Part shown: positions 1 through 10,512 of the stretch, piece after piece | How the letters are laid out: each line of letters starts with the position of its first letter | How positions within the stretch are numbered: position 1 is the stretch's first letter | Origin: Minisyncoccota bacterium | GTDB lineage: Bacteria; Patescibacteriota; Minisyncoccia; Phycocordibacterales; Zambryskibacteraceae | Length of the DNA stretch: 54,288 nucleotides | Reading direction: 5' to 3' | NCBI GenBank assembly: GCA_025450175.1 | Contig: JANWHY010000008.1 | Span: 1-54,288, forward strand | The notes under the pieces: model-generated | Told to the model about the DNA's origin: nothing | The model's database searches: none | What the model saw: only the letters and a program-made list of their open reading frames with translations | Translations under genes and position numbers: made by a program

Positions 1-1935
<1,935 letters not shown>

Positions 1936-2091
1936 AAACTTAAAAACCACTTTACTTTCTACATGCTCCAACCAGTTTCTAGTTGGAGCTTACCTGTCCA
2001 TCTCCATACGCGAAAGACCCCTGTCTAATACGTATGTGATGGTATTAAGTTTTCAAAGTTCTTCACCGCCACTAGGCGGCCCTAGAAACGA

Positions 2092-2120
2092 AACCCCGTC
2101 GCCTAGAGAGCGACGGGGTT
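2092..2120 (-). terminator. Rho-independent terminator downstream of msrB
   Basis: 11-bp GC-rich stem aaccccgtcgc/gcgacggggtt with a 7-nt loop, followed on the minus strand by tcgtttct. A second hairpin (aaatgacc/ggtcattt) lies at 2129-2149. Confidence 0.6.
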
Positions 2121-2279
2121 CACCCGCAAAATGACCTTTTGGGTCATTTATATCGCTCTTTTTGCTTGAGATTACTTAACATTTCTAGGATTAGGCTATT
2201 CTATACCCCCTACCAGAGTAAGTCAAACAAGGGCCCAAATAGGATAACTCTGGGGAGAAAGTGGGGAAAAGTAAGGGTT

Positions 2280-2636
2280 TTAGCCCTTTTTTAGGTCTAG
2301 GCAGACAGAGTTTATGCAATACCTCTGGCCTGTCTCGGTGGGACCATCATTGAAGACATGCCCTAGGTGGGCCTTACAGCTTTTGCACACCACCTCTGTC
2401 CGATGCATATCGTGGGAGTCATCAGCTATAAGTTCTACATTTTCCAAATTTTCGGGTTTATCGAAGGAGGGCCAGCCGGTACCAGAGTCGAACTTAGCGC
2501 TTGAGGAAAAGAGAGTTGCGCCACAATTCTTGCACACATACAACCCCGGATCCTTAGTATCTACGTACTTGCCAGTGAAAGGTGCTTCCGTACCCTTCTT
2601 CCACATTACCTCTTTTGCTAATTCTTCTTCGTTCAT
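2280..2636 (-). CDS. msrB: Peptide-methionine (R)-S-oxide reductase MsrB
   Basis: 118 aa with SelR/MsrB hallmarks: CxxC pairs ([25 protein letters not shown]), GWPSF, and the catalytic RYCINS. Confidence 0.93.
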   Translation of the reverse strand: MNEEELAKEVMWKKGTEAPFTGKYVDTKDPGLYVCKNCGATLFSSSAKFDSGTGWPSFDKPENLENVELIADDSHDMHRTEVVCKSCKAHLGHVFNDGPTETGQRYCINSVCLDLKKG

Positions 2637-2644
2637 ATATATAA

Positions 2645-2652
2645 ATTATACA
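2645..2652 (-). promoter_or_regulatory. Extended -10 box TGTATAAT, 8 nt upstream of the msrB ATG
   Basis: The minus strand reads tcaTGTATAATttatatatATG. There is no purine-rich SD in the 8-nt gap. Confidence 0.4.
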
Positions 2653-2657
2653 TGATT

Positions 2658-2681
2658 AAAGGGCGCCTAACGGCGCCCTTT
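2658..2681 (-). terminator. Hairpin overlapping the stop codon of the 135-aa ORF
   Basis: Stem aaagggcgcc/ggcgcccttt with a 4-nt loop. The TAG stop (2667-2669) lies inside the stem-loop. The tail is only weakly U-rich. Confidence 0.4.
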
Positions 2682-3074
2682 CTTCGCTTTGTACTTTTCT
2701 ACTGAATCAGCATAGAAAAGCTGACGCCCTTCGACCGATTTGTACTGACGAAGTTGTTTCAATACGCCAAGCATCTGCTGATGGGAAAGCTTTAGATACT
2801 CGCGCGTAGCTTCGTGCGTAACGAGTCGCGCCTTACCTACGAGCTTCTTCCCCTCTTCCGTTTCTGGCCGGAATAGAAGCTTGTCAGGGACTCGTCTTGA
2901 GAGAAAACTCTCAGCCAACTGGTCCATCACCACCTTGGCCCCACCACGTATCCCATTGGGCCAGACAATGTGAAGCCTCCCCCGCTCCCCCATGAGTAGA
3001 ACATTGCGAACGTACGCATACCCAGCCAACTTTTGGAAATCTTCAGCTGGCATTTTTTTATAATGTGCAGACAT
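2667..3074 (-). CDS. Hypothetical protein with a possible C-terminal excisionase/MerR-like HTH
   Basis: Start chosen at the ATG (M4 of the track ORF), which has GGAGG 8 nt upstream. The C-terminal LVTHEATREYLKLSHQQMLGVLKQ..GRQLFYADSVEKY resembles the HTH_17/excisionase pattern. No other motif was recognised. Confidence 0.55.
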   Translation of the reverse strand: MSAHYKKMPAEDFQKLAGYAYVRNVLLMGERGRLHIVWPNGIRGGAKVVMDQLAESFLSRRVPDKLLFRPETEEGKKLVGKARLVTHEATREYLKLSHQQMLGVLKQLRQYKSVEGRQLFYADSVEKYKAKKGRR

Positions 3075-3095
3075 CCACCACACCTCCGCGCGATA

Positions 3096-3620
3096 CTATA
3101 TACCTTCCTCCTTGAATTTCAAAAGGTTCGCAAAATCTTTCTGCACCTTTTCTAACTTCGGATTAATAATTATTTGGCAGTATGGAGCATCTTTATGAGC
3201 TTCGTAATAATCTTTGTGATAATCCTCTGCCTCAAAAAATTCAGAGAAAGGCACTAATTCTGTCACAGCCCCATCAATCTCTTTTATAAACTTCTCGGCC
3301 TCTATCTTCTGTTCGTCTGTTGTATAAAAAATGACTGAGCGATACTGCGTACCCACGTCATTACCCTGCCTATTGAGAGTTGTTGGATCATGCGAGCCGA
3401 AGAAGACGGTAAGCAAGTCACGATATTTAATCTTCGATGGGTCGTATTCTATATAAATCACTTCGGCATGACCTGTTTGCCCTCCTGAGACTTTCTCATA
3501 AGTTGCATCTTCCTCTGTCCCACCTGAGTAACCCGGGCTTACCACTCTGACCCCCTTTAGGGACTTAAACACCGCCTCCGTACACCAGAAGCACCCACCA
3601 CCAAAAATAGCTTTTTCCAT
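3096..3620 (-). CDS. msrA: Peptide-methionine (S)-S-oxide reductase MsrA
   Basis: 174 aa with an N-terminal GGGCFWCTEAVF catalytic motif and GHAEVIYIEYDP. Its ATG shares one base with the upstream gene's TAA (TAATG). Confidence 0.93.
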   Translation of the reverse strand: MEKAIFGGGCFWCTEAVFKSLKGVRVVSPGYSGGTEEDATYEKVSGGQTGHAEVIYIEYDPSKIKYRDLLTVFFGSHDPTTLNRQGNDVGTQYRSVIFYTTDEQKIEAEKFIKEIDGAVTELVPFSEFFEAEDYHKDYYEAHKDAPYCQIIINPKLEKVQKDFANLLKFKEEGI

Positions 3621-4780
3621 TATTTCGTTCTTAAGAAAAAGATTTTAAGTTTTGTAAGCCAGTTAGATTTTGGAAGAGATTCTAGAGAGCCTACGGCACT
3701 TGCAGTCTGAGTTTCGGTGGCTTCAATAGCTTCCTTAGTTTGACTAGCTTCTATGACTTCGGTCTTAGCGACACTCGGAGTTTGTGTACTAAAGGCTGCT
3801 CTCACTTGGGCTAGAGCTAAGGCACTTTCCAGTTTTGATATTTGATCTTGAATTTTTGCAATATTCTTTTGTCTCATCTCCTCGGCCTTACTTACTACCC
3901 CATTAGATGAGTAATTAGGATTCTCCCCCACTGTCATGAGAAAAACTTGAGACAAATTGGCAGGAGTAAGTCCTGTAGTCTGGCTTAAGAAGCTGATCTT
4001 ATGTCCAGCCAAGATTATTGTATCCTCCGGGAAGGCGAAGATCTTCCCTCTCACTACAAGTGTCCGCCCATAGAGATTCACTTCGCTACTAGCATTGTTC
4101 GCCACTTCGATCCGCTCTGTAGAAGCGAAGGAGATTATAGGTTCTGCCGAGATAATCTTTACTGTTGTCCTGACCGACAGAACCTCTTCTGGCAGTTCTA
4201 CATTGAGTACCACCACATACTCTCCCGGAAAGGCGTATGAGTGAGTAATGTTTTGTCCATACTTAACAGTGCCATCGCCAAGCTTCCACTTAAAGATAGA
4301 GCTCTTGGCGAAGCCGAAGTTAGTCTCGGCCTCAAACTTAAGTGGAGTCCCTACGACACTAGCACTCGCGCTCTTTATACCTACCTCATACTCTCCTGAC
4401 TTCTTGTTAGATAGCCAGATAGCTTTTTGGTTTGATGTGTTTAGAGACGCAGGCGGAGGCGAGGCGGGAGTGGTAGATCCACCAGCTGGCGGGGCAACCG
4501 GAGGAGGAGTAACACTTCCCACCGTGATGAAATCTTTAATATTATTGAAGGTAGCTTGTCCAATACCACTTACATTCATTATCTCTTCGATAGTAGCGAA
4601 GGCGCCATTCTGGGTTCGATAGTCGATGATGGCTTGAGCCTTACTACTCCCAATCCCATTCAAAGTTTCAAGCTCAGTAAGTCCTGCAGTATTGATGTTT
4701 ACAAGCGCAGCACTCACTACTGAGACTAGTCCAAGAAAAATAAGTGAGATAAAGAAAAACCTAGAGATAGACCTTAGCAT
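3620..4780 (-). CDS. comEA: ComEA-like helix-hairpin-helix DNA-binding protein fused to a PKD-like domain and a coiled-coil tail
   Basis: An N-terminal TM is followed by tandem HhH (VNINTAGLTELETLNGIGSSKAQAIIDYR...IEEIMNVSGIGQATFNNI). A Pro-rich linker follows, then the PKD-like motif KWKLGDGTVKYGQNITHSYAFPGEYVVVLNV. The ATG at 4780 is preferred over the TTG at 4792. Confidence 0.75.
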   Translation of the reverse strand: MLRSISRFFFISLIFLGLVSVVSAALVNINTAGLTELETLNGIGSSKAQAIIDYRTQNGAFATIEEIMNVSGIGQATFNNIKDFITVGSVTPPPVAPPAGGSTTPASPPPASLNTSNQKAIWLSNKKSGEYEVGIKSASASVVGTPLKFEAETNFGFAKSSIFKWKLGDGTVKYGQNITHSYAFPGEYVVVLNVELPEEVLSVRTTVKIISAEPIISFASTERIEVANNASSEVNLYGRTLVVRGKIFAFPEDTIILAGHKISFLSQTTGLTPANLSQVFLMTVGENPNYSSNGVVSKAEEMRQKNIAKIQDQISKLESALALAQVRAAFSTQTPSVAKTEVIEASQTKEAIEATETQTASAVGSLESLPKSNWLTKLKIFFLRTK

Positions 4781-4884
4781 ATATGATCGCAATAATACTT
4801 AAAGAAATGATACATACGAATCTAAACAAGAACTTGAAGAAGGTCTTATCGAAATATCTCATACATTAATTATATAGGCATAAG

Positions 4885-4909
4885 AAAAACCCGCCAGAGG
4901 CGGGTTTTT
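4885..4909 (-). terminator. Rho-independent terminator of the large surface-protein gene
   Basis: aaaaacccgcc-agag-ggcgggttttt is a symmetric A-tract/stem/T-tract structure. A TATAAT hexamer (4869-4874, minus strand) follows 10 nt later. Confidence 0.75.
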
Positions 4910-4949
4910 CTTTCTCAGACTAGGGCTGAGACCCTAAGTAATCCAGGGA

Positions 4950-6959
4950 TTACGGGAAGGATACTTCTGCAGTTCTCCAGTCGACGTCACCAGACATGAA
5001 GTTGGTTGACTGAAGAGATGAACCTGTTGCAGTGTTTGACCAGTTGACATTGATGAGACCTACAGAGTAGAGACCTGAGGTGTGAGCAGACGAAGCGTCT
5101 GTTCTACCAGGGATCAAGAAGGTAACAGGTACGGTGATTTCCGCATTCTCAGCCAACTGACATGAATTGGTGCGGTCAGCATCGTCAACACATGTTGATG
5201 GAAGAGTGAAGGATGTGGTCGTACCGTTGGTCAAGTTCAATGAACTTGCTGAACCACTTGAGTATAGCGTGAAGCTATTTGTTCCTGTGGTCTTACCGAA
5301 TGTTGGTCCAGTAGTTGAAGCTACTTTACCAAGGACTATAGAACCACCTAGAGCCTTAATCTTGACATTGAATGTCGCAGTCAAGGTTGAGGTTGCGAAG
5401 GTCTGAGCGGCAGAACTCTGAGGTACTCCAGAAGTCGTGATCGACTTGGAGACCAAGGTGATCTCAGGACCAACCTTTCTGATTGTGAAGGTCTTACCAT
5501 CAGCAGAACCAGAAACGTTAGCACTTACATCATCACCATCAGAGTTTTCTGCAGTAACATCAGCCGCATCAGTGCTTACAACAAGAGTATCAGCTGCAGA
5601 TTGGGCATCAATGATATCCAATCTTACAGACAATGTCCTTGTAGTATCAGCTGGAACGTCCCAGTCGATATCAGTGAAGGTAGCTGTCATAACTGTAGCA
5701 CTAGTAGACACTACTGATGCTGAGCCTACGCTGTTAGAACCATCGTAGAGGTAAGCAACAGTACCAGAAGCTACGTTTCCAGCTGCTGTAGGTGTTGCGT
5801 TGTTTGTACGAACGATATCGAGTACAAAGTTAGTAACAGTTACAGTGTCATCTTCAGCCTTGAAGTCGAAGCGAGCAAGCTCGAGTCCATTACACTCATC
5901 CTCGTCAGAGCCAGAAGTACAGATGACTTGCTGGGCCTTAGGAGAATTTGAGTTTAGAGAAACTGCGAGGCTTGCACTCTCAGACAAGTCGGCCTGAGTA
6001 CTGAAGTTTCTTGCAAGAGTTCCAGATGAAGGAGCGTAAAGGTTGATACCTGCGCCGTCTACACCACGGATACCCTCGGCAGGAACGGTAAGAGTCCAAG
6101 AGTCATTGCTGAATGCTGAATCAAAGTTTCCTTGAGCATCAAGAGCAACGCTGAGAATCTTCTTAGAGTCCTTAGGAATTACGAGATTGAAGCCAGTAAC
6201 GGTTACGTAGAAGTTACCAGTGGTCTCTTCAATAACAGTACTGGAGTTTAGACTTGCAGAAGCTAGGACAGTATTGCCATCCATAATGTAGATGCGATCA
6301 GCAATATCGTCGTAGAAGTCTCTGTCAGTATTTCCGGAAGTAGCAGCATCAAGTTTCAACTTGATCCTCTCTACTCTTACATCTGAGAGCTTGGCTTCAA
6401 GTTCGACAGCAAGAACTTTCTTCATGTCGTCGCCCTCGTAAACCTTAGTTCCAGTAGCGGGAGTAGCGTAGATGCTAGCTGTAAGCGTACCTTCTACACC
6501 AGGAGTAGTAATGCCACCACCAGTAGTTGTGCCACCAGGGATAGTTGTACCACCCATGGAAGCGAACTTAGCCTGGGAGATAGGACCGAAGTAGCCTACT
6601 GCAGGAGCAACTCCGTTAGCAGCTTGCCATCTAGCAACAGCAGCCTTTGTAAGATTGCCGAAGTAACCCATTGCTACGCCAGCTGGCATAACAAGGTATC
6701 CCTTAGCAACTAGAGTTTGCTGTAAGCAGGTAACGTCGGATCCATTTGAACCAACAGTCAAACTGCGTGTGAATGCACATGCAGATACAGTGGTAGTTGT
6801 GGAAGCCCCGCCCTGAAGAGCAGAAAGCTGTGCCAAGAGCGCATTGATTTGTGCCTGAAGATCAGCAACGGTCTGCGCTCCAAGAGGAGAAGCAGCACCG
6901 ATGGCCATAGCCACACCGACCGAAACGGCAGCAAACTTTGCAATTCTTTGTTTAATCAT
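4950..6959 (-). CDS. Secreted S/T-rich surface protein with an N-terminal peptidoglycan-binding domain
   Basis: 669 aa. A signal peptide (AAVSVGVAMAIGAASPLGA) is followed by the coiled segment ADLQAQINALLAQLSALQG. A PG_binding_1-like segment follows (CLQQTLVAKGYL..GYFGNLTKAAVARWQAANGV). The rest is about 500 aa of Thr/Ser/Ala-rich beta-type sequence. Confidence 0.7.
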   Translation of the reverse strand: MIKQRIAKFAAVSVGVAMAIGAASPLGAQTVADLQAQINALLAQLSALQGGASTTTTVSACAFTRSLTVGSNGSDVTCLQQTLVAKGYLVMPAGVAMGYFGNLTKAAVARWQAANGVAPAVGYFGPISQAKFASMGGTTIPGGTTTGGGITTPGVEGTLTASIYATPATGTKVYEGDDMKKVLAVELEAKLSDVRVERIKLKLDAATSGNTDRDFYDDIADRIYIMDGNTVLASASLNSSTVIEETTGNFYVTVTGFNLVIPKDSKKILSVALDAQGNFDSAFSNDSWTLTVPAEGIRGVDGAGINLYAPSSGTLARNFSTQADLSESASLAVSLNSNSPKAQQVICTSGSDEDECNGLELARFDFKAEDDTVTVTNFVLDIVRTNNATPTAAGNVASGTVAYLYDGSNSVGSASVVSTSATVMTATFTDIDWDVPADTTRTLSVRLDIIDAQSAADTLVVSTDAADVTAENSDGDDVSANVSGSADGKTFTIRKVGPEITLVSKSITTSGVPQSSAAQTFATSTLTATFNVKIKALGGSIVLGKVASTTGPTFGKTTGTNSFTLYSSGSASSLNLTNGTTTSFTLPSTCVDDADRTNSCQLAENAEITVPVTFLIPGRTDASSAHTSGLYSVGLINVNWSNTATGSSLQSTNFMSGDVDWRTAEVSFP

Positions 6960-7090
6960 TTGTTAATTTAATTTTCTAATGCGTGAGCGCAACCCAATAA
7001 TTACTAATATTCGTTCGAGTCGCGACACGGGTACTAATTTGCCGAGAACGGATAAGCCTTCCTCGGCAAGCCAAAAATAGGCGTTTTTTA

Positions 7091-7120
7091 ATTATATCTG
7101 TATAGAGATGAAGATAGCAA
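7091..7120 (-). promoter_or_regulatory. Candidate sigma70-type promoter for the surface-protein gene
   Basis: Minus strand: TTGCTA (7120..7115), an 18-nt spacer, then TATAAT (7096..7091). This predicts a ~130-nt 5' UTR containing the hairpin ttgccgag/ctcggcaa (7039-7069). Confidence 0.45.
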
Positions 7121-7161
7121 AAAGGTTCTGGGGATAGCCGCATAATACACTTTTTGACCCC

Positions 7162-7779
7162 TTAAGCAAGACTGTACCTGCTCCAACGCTTCTCACCCAT
7201 CCGCTTCAATAACCCAAGAGTTACCATGCTCGAGAGCTCCCTCTGTACCGTTTTCTCCGAGCATCCAGAGATTAGTGGGGTTATGTCCTTTATCATTACC
7301 TCCTTTTTCCGCTTCAGAAGGTTGATAATTACGCTCTGCCTATTATTCTTCTTAACTGAAACTACGCCAAATTCCTTTAACACAGGCTTCTCCACAACTG
7401 AGTCTTTTACAAAATTGTCTTTTAGCAAATTCGATTCGACAGGTTTAACTTGTCTAGGATTCTCAGCTAGCGAGGGCATTAACAGTGGCAAAGGACTTTT
7501 AATCCCCGCCAAATCTTCAAGGCTAAGAAGTTCTTTATTTAGAATTTCATAATTAGATTCAGAGACTAGGCCATTTGTTTTTGCAACGACAAAAAGTGAA
7601 GATACTTCCTTTATTATAGAGACTTTGTCTTTAAAGCTATTAGAAATTAGGTTAATAGATAGCTCTCTTAACCTCCATTTTACTGGTTCTTCATTAGTAA
7701 AAAAGTTAGTTATAAAATATATAGCCGAAGCCAACTTTTCTGCCCTATTTATAAAATTTGTCTCATAAGCTCTGTCCAT
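7162..7779 (-). CDS. Winged-helix (DeoR/MarR-like) DNA-binding protein
   Basis: 205 aa. The C-terminal IKDITPLISGCSEKTVQRELSSMVTLGLLKRMGEKRWSRYSL matches the wHTH pattern. The N-terminal half is helical and of unknown function. A TTGACA (7826..7821), 17-nt spacer, AATAGT arrangement lies upstream. Confidence 0.6.
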   Translation of the reverse strand: MDRAYETNFINRAEKLASAIYFITNFFTNEEPVKWRLRELSINLISNSFKDKVSIIKEVSSLFVVAKTNGLVSESNYEILNKELLSLEDLAGIKSPLPLLMPSLAENPRQVKPVESNLLKDNFVKDSVVEKPVLKEFGVVSVKKNNRQSVIINLLKRKKEVMIKDITPLISGCSEKTVQRELSSMVTLGLLKRMGEKRWSRYSLA

Positions 7780-7958
7780 GTCGTTTAGATGTCTCTTACT
7801 ATTCCTTATATTGTCCTTTATGTCAAGGCAAGTCCATTATGGGTCTAAGAGACAAATTTTGCAATAGCCTCTTAAATTTCTTACTTATTTAAGATACCGA
7901 ATGGATACAGGAGGTGGACAACACTCTCGTGTTATTATTGAGGAAACATCACAAATTT

Positions 7959-10130
7959 ATGGCGCGTGGCAGGAAGAAAAAGGGGGATGATAGTAGCGAC
8001 AAGGCCTTCTCTAATGCCTTTGTTTCTCAGGGTACCTTACATACTATCGCAGGTGTAGTTTCTATAGTGACCGCCCTCTTTCTACTCCTTGCGGCCTTTG
8101 GGCTCTCAGGACAAGCAGGAAGGCTTGCCTATGGGTGGTTCTCTTACCTCTTCGGTATTGGCTATTACCTCTTACCCATAGTCTTTCTACTTCTCGCCCT
8201 CTCCTTCCTCCAAGACAAGGAGAGAAACTTCGCCCTACCCCAGCTCTTTGGGTCGCTGATCTTATTCCTCTCTGGCCTTGGCTTAGTAAACCTCATATCT
8301 CTTCGCGGAGGGATCATTGGTAATCTTATCTCTCAACCATTAGTGGCCGTTTTTGATATCTACCTAAGTGCCATAATTCTCTTGGGACTTGTTGTTATCG
8401 CCACCCTGGTGATGTTTAATGCGGCACTCAAGTTTAATATCGGAAACCTCTTTAGTCGCCTCTTCGGTAAAGGTGAGGAGGAAGAGAGTGCCACACTCCG
8501 TCCTACCGAAGATCGCGCTATCGATAAGGCTATGGAGAAAATTGAGGCAAGCGAAGCCTCGAAGAATGCCGCGCTCAAGATTAGAGAACCAGTGATGAAG
8601 AAGGTAGATGAGGATGGCTTCACTCCCCTCTTAGTAAGAAGAAGCGGTAAGCGTTGGACACCTCCTCCACTCTCACTTCTTGAGGGCGACCGTGGTAAGG
8701 CAGGGGTTGGAGATATCAAGGCTAATGCCAACCTCATCAAGAGAACTCTTCTCAACTTTGGCATCGTGGTAGAGATGGATGAGGTATCTATTGGCCCCTC
8801 CGTAACTCGCTATGCCCTGAAGCCAGCCGAAGGAGTTAAGCTATCTAAAATTCTGGGTCTCCAGAACAACCTAGAGCTTGCACTAGCCGCTCATCCAGTC
8901 CGCATAGAAGCTCCAATCCCCGGTAAATCCCTTGTAGGTATCGAGGTACCCAATACTACCAAATCTACGGTCGGTCTAGGCTCGCTCATTTCTGACGAAG
9001 AATACTCCAGAAGTGCCCTCCCCCTCTTAGTATCGCTTGGACGAGATATTGCAGGCCGCTCCCACTTCTCCAACCTCGCTCGTATGCCCCACGTGCTTAT
9101 CGCCGGTGCTACAGGCTCGGGCAAGTCGGTGACTATACATGCGGTTGTCACCTCACTTCTGTATCGCAACCCTCCCGAGAATCTCAAATTTATTATGATC
9201 GACCCCAACCGCGTCGAGCTTACTATGTATAACTCCATCCCCCACCTTCTTACCCCTGTGATCACCGATGCTAAGAAGTCGATCCTTGCTCTCAAGTGGG
9301 CTGCCAAAGAGATGGATCGTCGATACAACATCTTAGAGCAGAACAAGTCTCGCGATATTGACTCCTACCACCAAAACGTTTTGGCCAAGTCGAAAGCCGA
9401 GGACCTCGACCCTATGCCCTTCATCGTTGTAATCATCGACGAACTTGCAGACCTTATGCAGTCTTACCCTCGTGAGCTCGAGAGCGCTGTAGTGCGCTTG
9501 GCCCAAATGAGCCGCGCCGTAGGTATCCACCTCATCCTCTCCACTCAGAGACCATCGGTAAACGTCATCACCGGTCTCATCAAGGCCAATATTCCGGCAC
9601 GTATTGCACTTCAAGTCGCATCGCAAATTGACTCGCGCACTATTCTCGACGCCTCCGGTGCCGAGAAGCTCCTTGGCGCCGGCGACATGCTCTTCCTCTC
9701 TGGAGAAATGTCTAAGCCAGTGAGAATCCAATCGGCTTATATATCCGAGAAGGAGGTCAAGGCTGTGGCCAAGTACTTAGCTGACTCATATACCGATGAG
9801 CTCGAGGAGCAGATCAACTTCTCGGCCGAGACTACAGACAAGAGCATCTTCTCCGCCTCCTTCGACGAGTCTGAGGTAAGTGGCGATGACGATGAGCTCT
9901 ATGAACAGGCTCTAGAGACAGTAAGGAGCGCTGGCAAAGCCTCCACCTCCTTCCTCCAGAGGAAGCTTCGCATCGGCTACGCTCGCGCCGCCCGTCTCAT
10001 GGATATGCTTGAGGAGCGTGGTATTATTTCCCCAGGTTCTGGCGCTAAGCCTCGAGAAGTGATCGGCTCGGAGGGCACGGGTAGTGGCTTCGACGAAGAG
10101 TTTGGAGACGAAACCGAGAATCAAGTTTAA
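7959..10130 (+). CDS. ftsK: DNA translocase FtsK/SpoIIIE
   Basis: N-terminal TM helices, Walker A GATGSGKS, the IVVIIDELADLM Walker B region and a C-terminal gamma wHTH (ASTSFLQRKLRIGYARAARLMDMLEERGI). The ATG at 7959 is preferred over the GTG at 7914. Confidence 0.93.
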   Translation: MARGRKKKGDDSSDKAFSNAFVSQGTLHTIAGVVSIVTALFLLLAAFGLSGQAGRLAYGWFSYLFGIGYYLLPIVFLLLALSFLQDKERNFALPQLFGSLILFLSGLGLVNLISLRGGIIGNLISQPLVAVFDIYLSAIILLGLVVIATLVMFNAALKFNIGNLFSRLFGKGEEEESATLRPTEDRAIDKAMEKIEASEASKNAALKIREPVMKKVDEDGFTPLLVRRSGKRWTPPPLSLLEGDRGKAGVGDIKANANLIKRTLLNFGIVVEMDEVSIGPSVTRYALKPAEGVKLSKILGLQNNLELALAAHPVRIEAPIPGKSLVGIEVPNTTKSTVGLGSLISDEEYSRSALPLLVSLGRDIAGRSHFSNLARMPHVLIAGATGSGKSVTIHAVVTSLLYRNPPENLKFIMIDPNRVELTMYNSIPHLLTPVITDAKKSILALKWAAKEMDRRYNILEQNKSRDIDSYHQNVLAKSKAEDLDPMPFIVVIIDELADLMQSYPRELESAVVRLAQMSRAVGIHLILSTQRPSVNVITGLIKANIPARIALQVASQIDSRTILDASGAEKLLGAGDMLFLSGEMSKPVRIQSAYISEKEVKAVAKYLADSYTDELEEQINFSAETTDKSIFSASFDESEVSGDDDELYEQALETVRSAGKASTSFLQRKLRIGYARAARLMDMLEERGIISPGSGAKPREVIGSEGTGSGFDEEFGDETENQV

Positions 10131-10133
10131 TTA

Positions 10134-10511
10134 ATGAATCAGGTGAAAGAGATAAAATTATTAAATCCACGTTATCTCATTTTCATCGCCCTTTCTATAC
10201 TCCTTGTTTCTTATGCTATGTACCAAGCCCGCTTCATCATCCAAGGACCTCAGATTAGGATTACGAGTCACACCAACGGTCTCACCGTAGGTGGGCATCT
10301 CATAACTCTCGAAGGCCTCGCAAGAAACGTGGCCTGGCTTTCTCTCAACGATCGCCAGATCTTTACCAACGATAAGGGGGCCTGGAGCGAGAAGCTCCTG
10401 GTGTCTGAAGGAGTTAGTGTCGTGACCCTTAAGGCCACTGACCGCTTCGGCAGGAAGACCGAAGAAGAGATTGAACTTGTTTTACCAACTGAGAGATCAC
10501 AGCTTAACTAG
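10134..10511 (+). CDS. Hypothetical membrane-anchored protein (single TM plus a beta-rich ectodomain)
   Basis: 125 aa with the TM segment [17 protein letters not shown]. No catalytic motif was found. It is tightly packed between ftsK and recA. Confidence 0.55.
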   Translation: MNQVKEIKLLNPRYLIFIALSILLVSYAMYQARFIIQGPQIRITSHTNGLTVGGHLITLEGLARNVAWLSLNDRQIFTNDKGAWSEKLLVSEGVSVVTLKATDRFGRKTEEEIELVLPTERSQLN

Positions 10512-10512
10512 C

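Noticed and set aside
2041-2075. Candidate 23S promoter (TTGAAA on the minus strand near 2050-2060).
   Set aside because: No acceptable -10 hexamer lies at a 16-18-nt spacing, so no promoter is reported.
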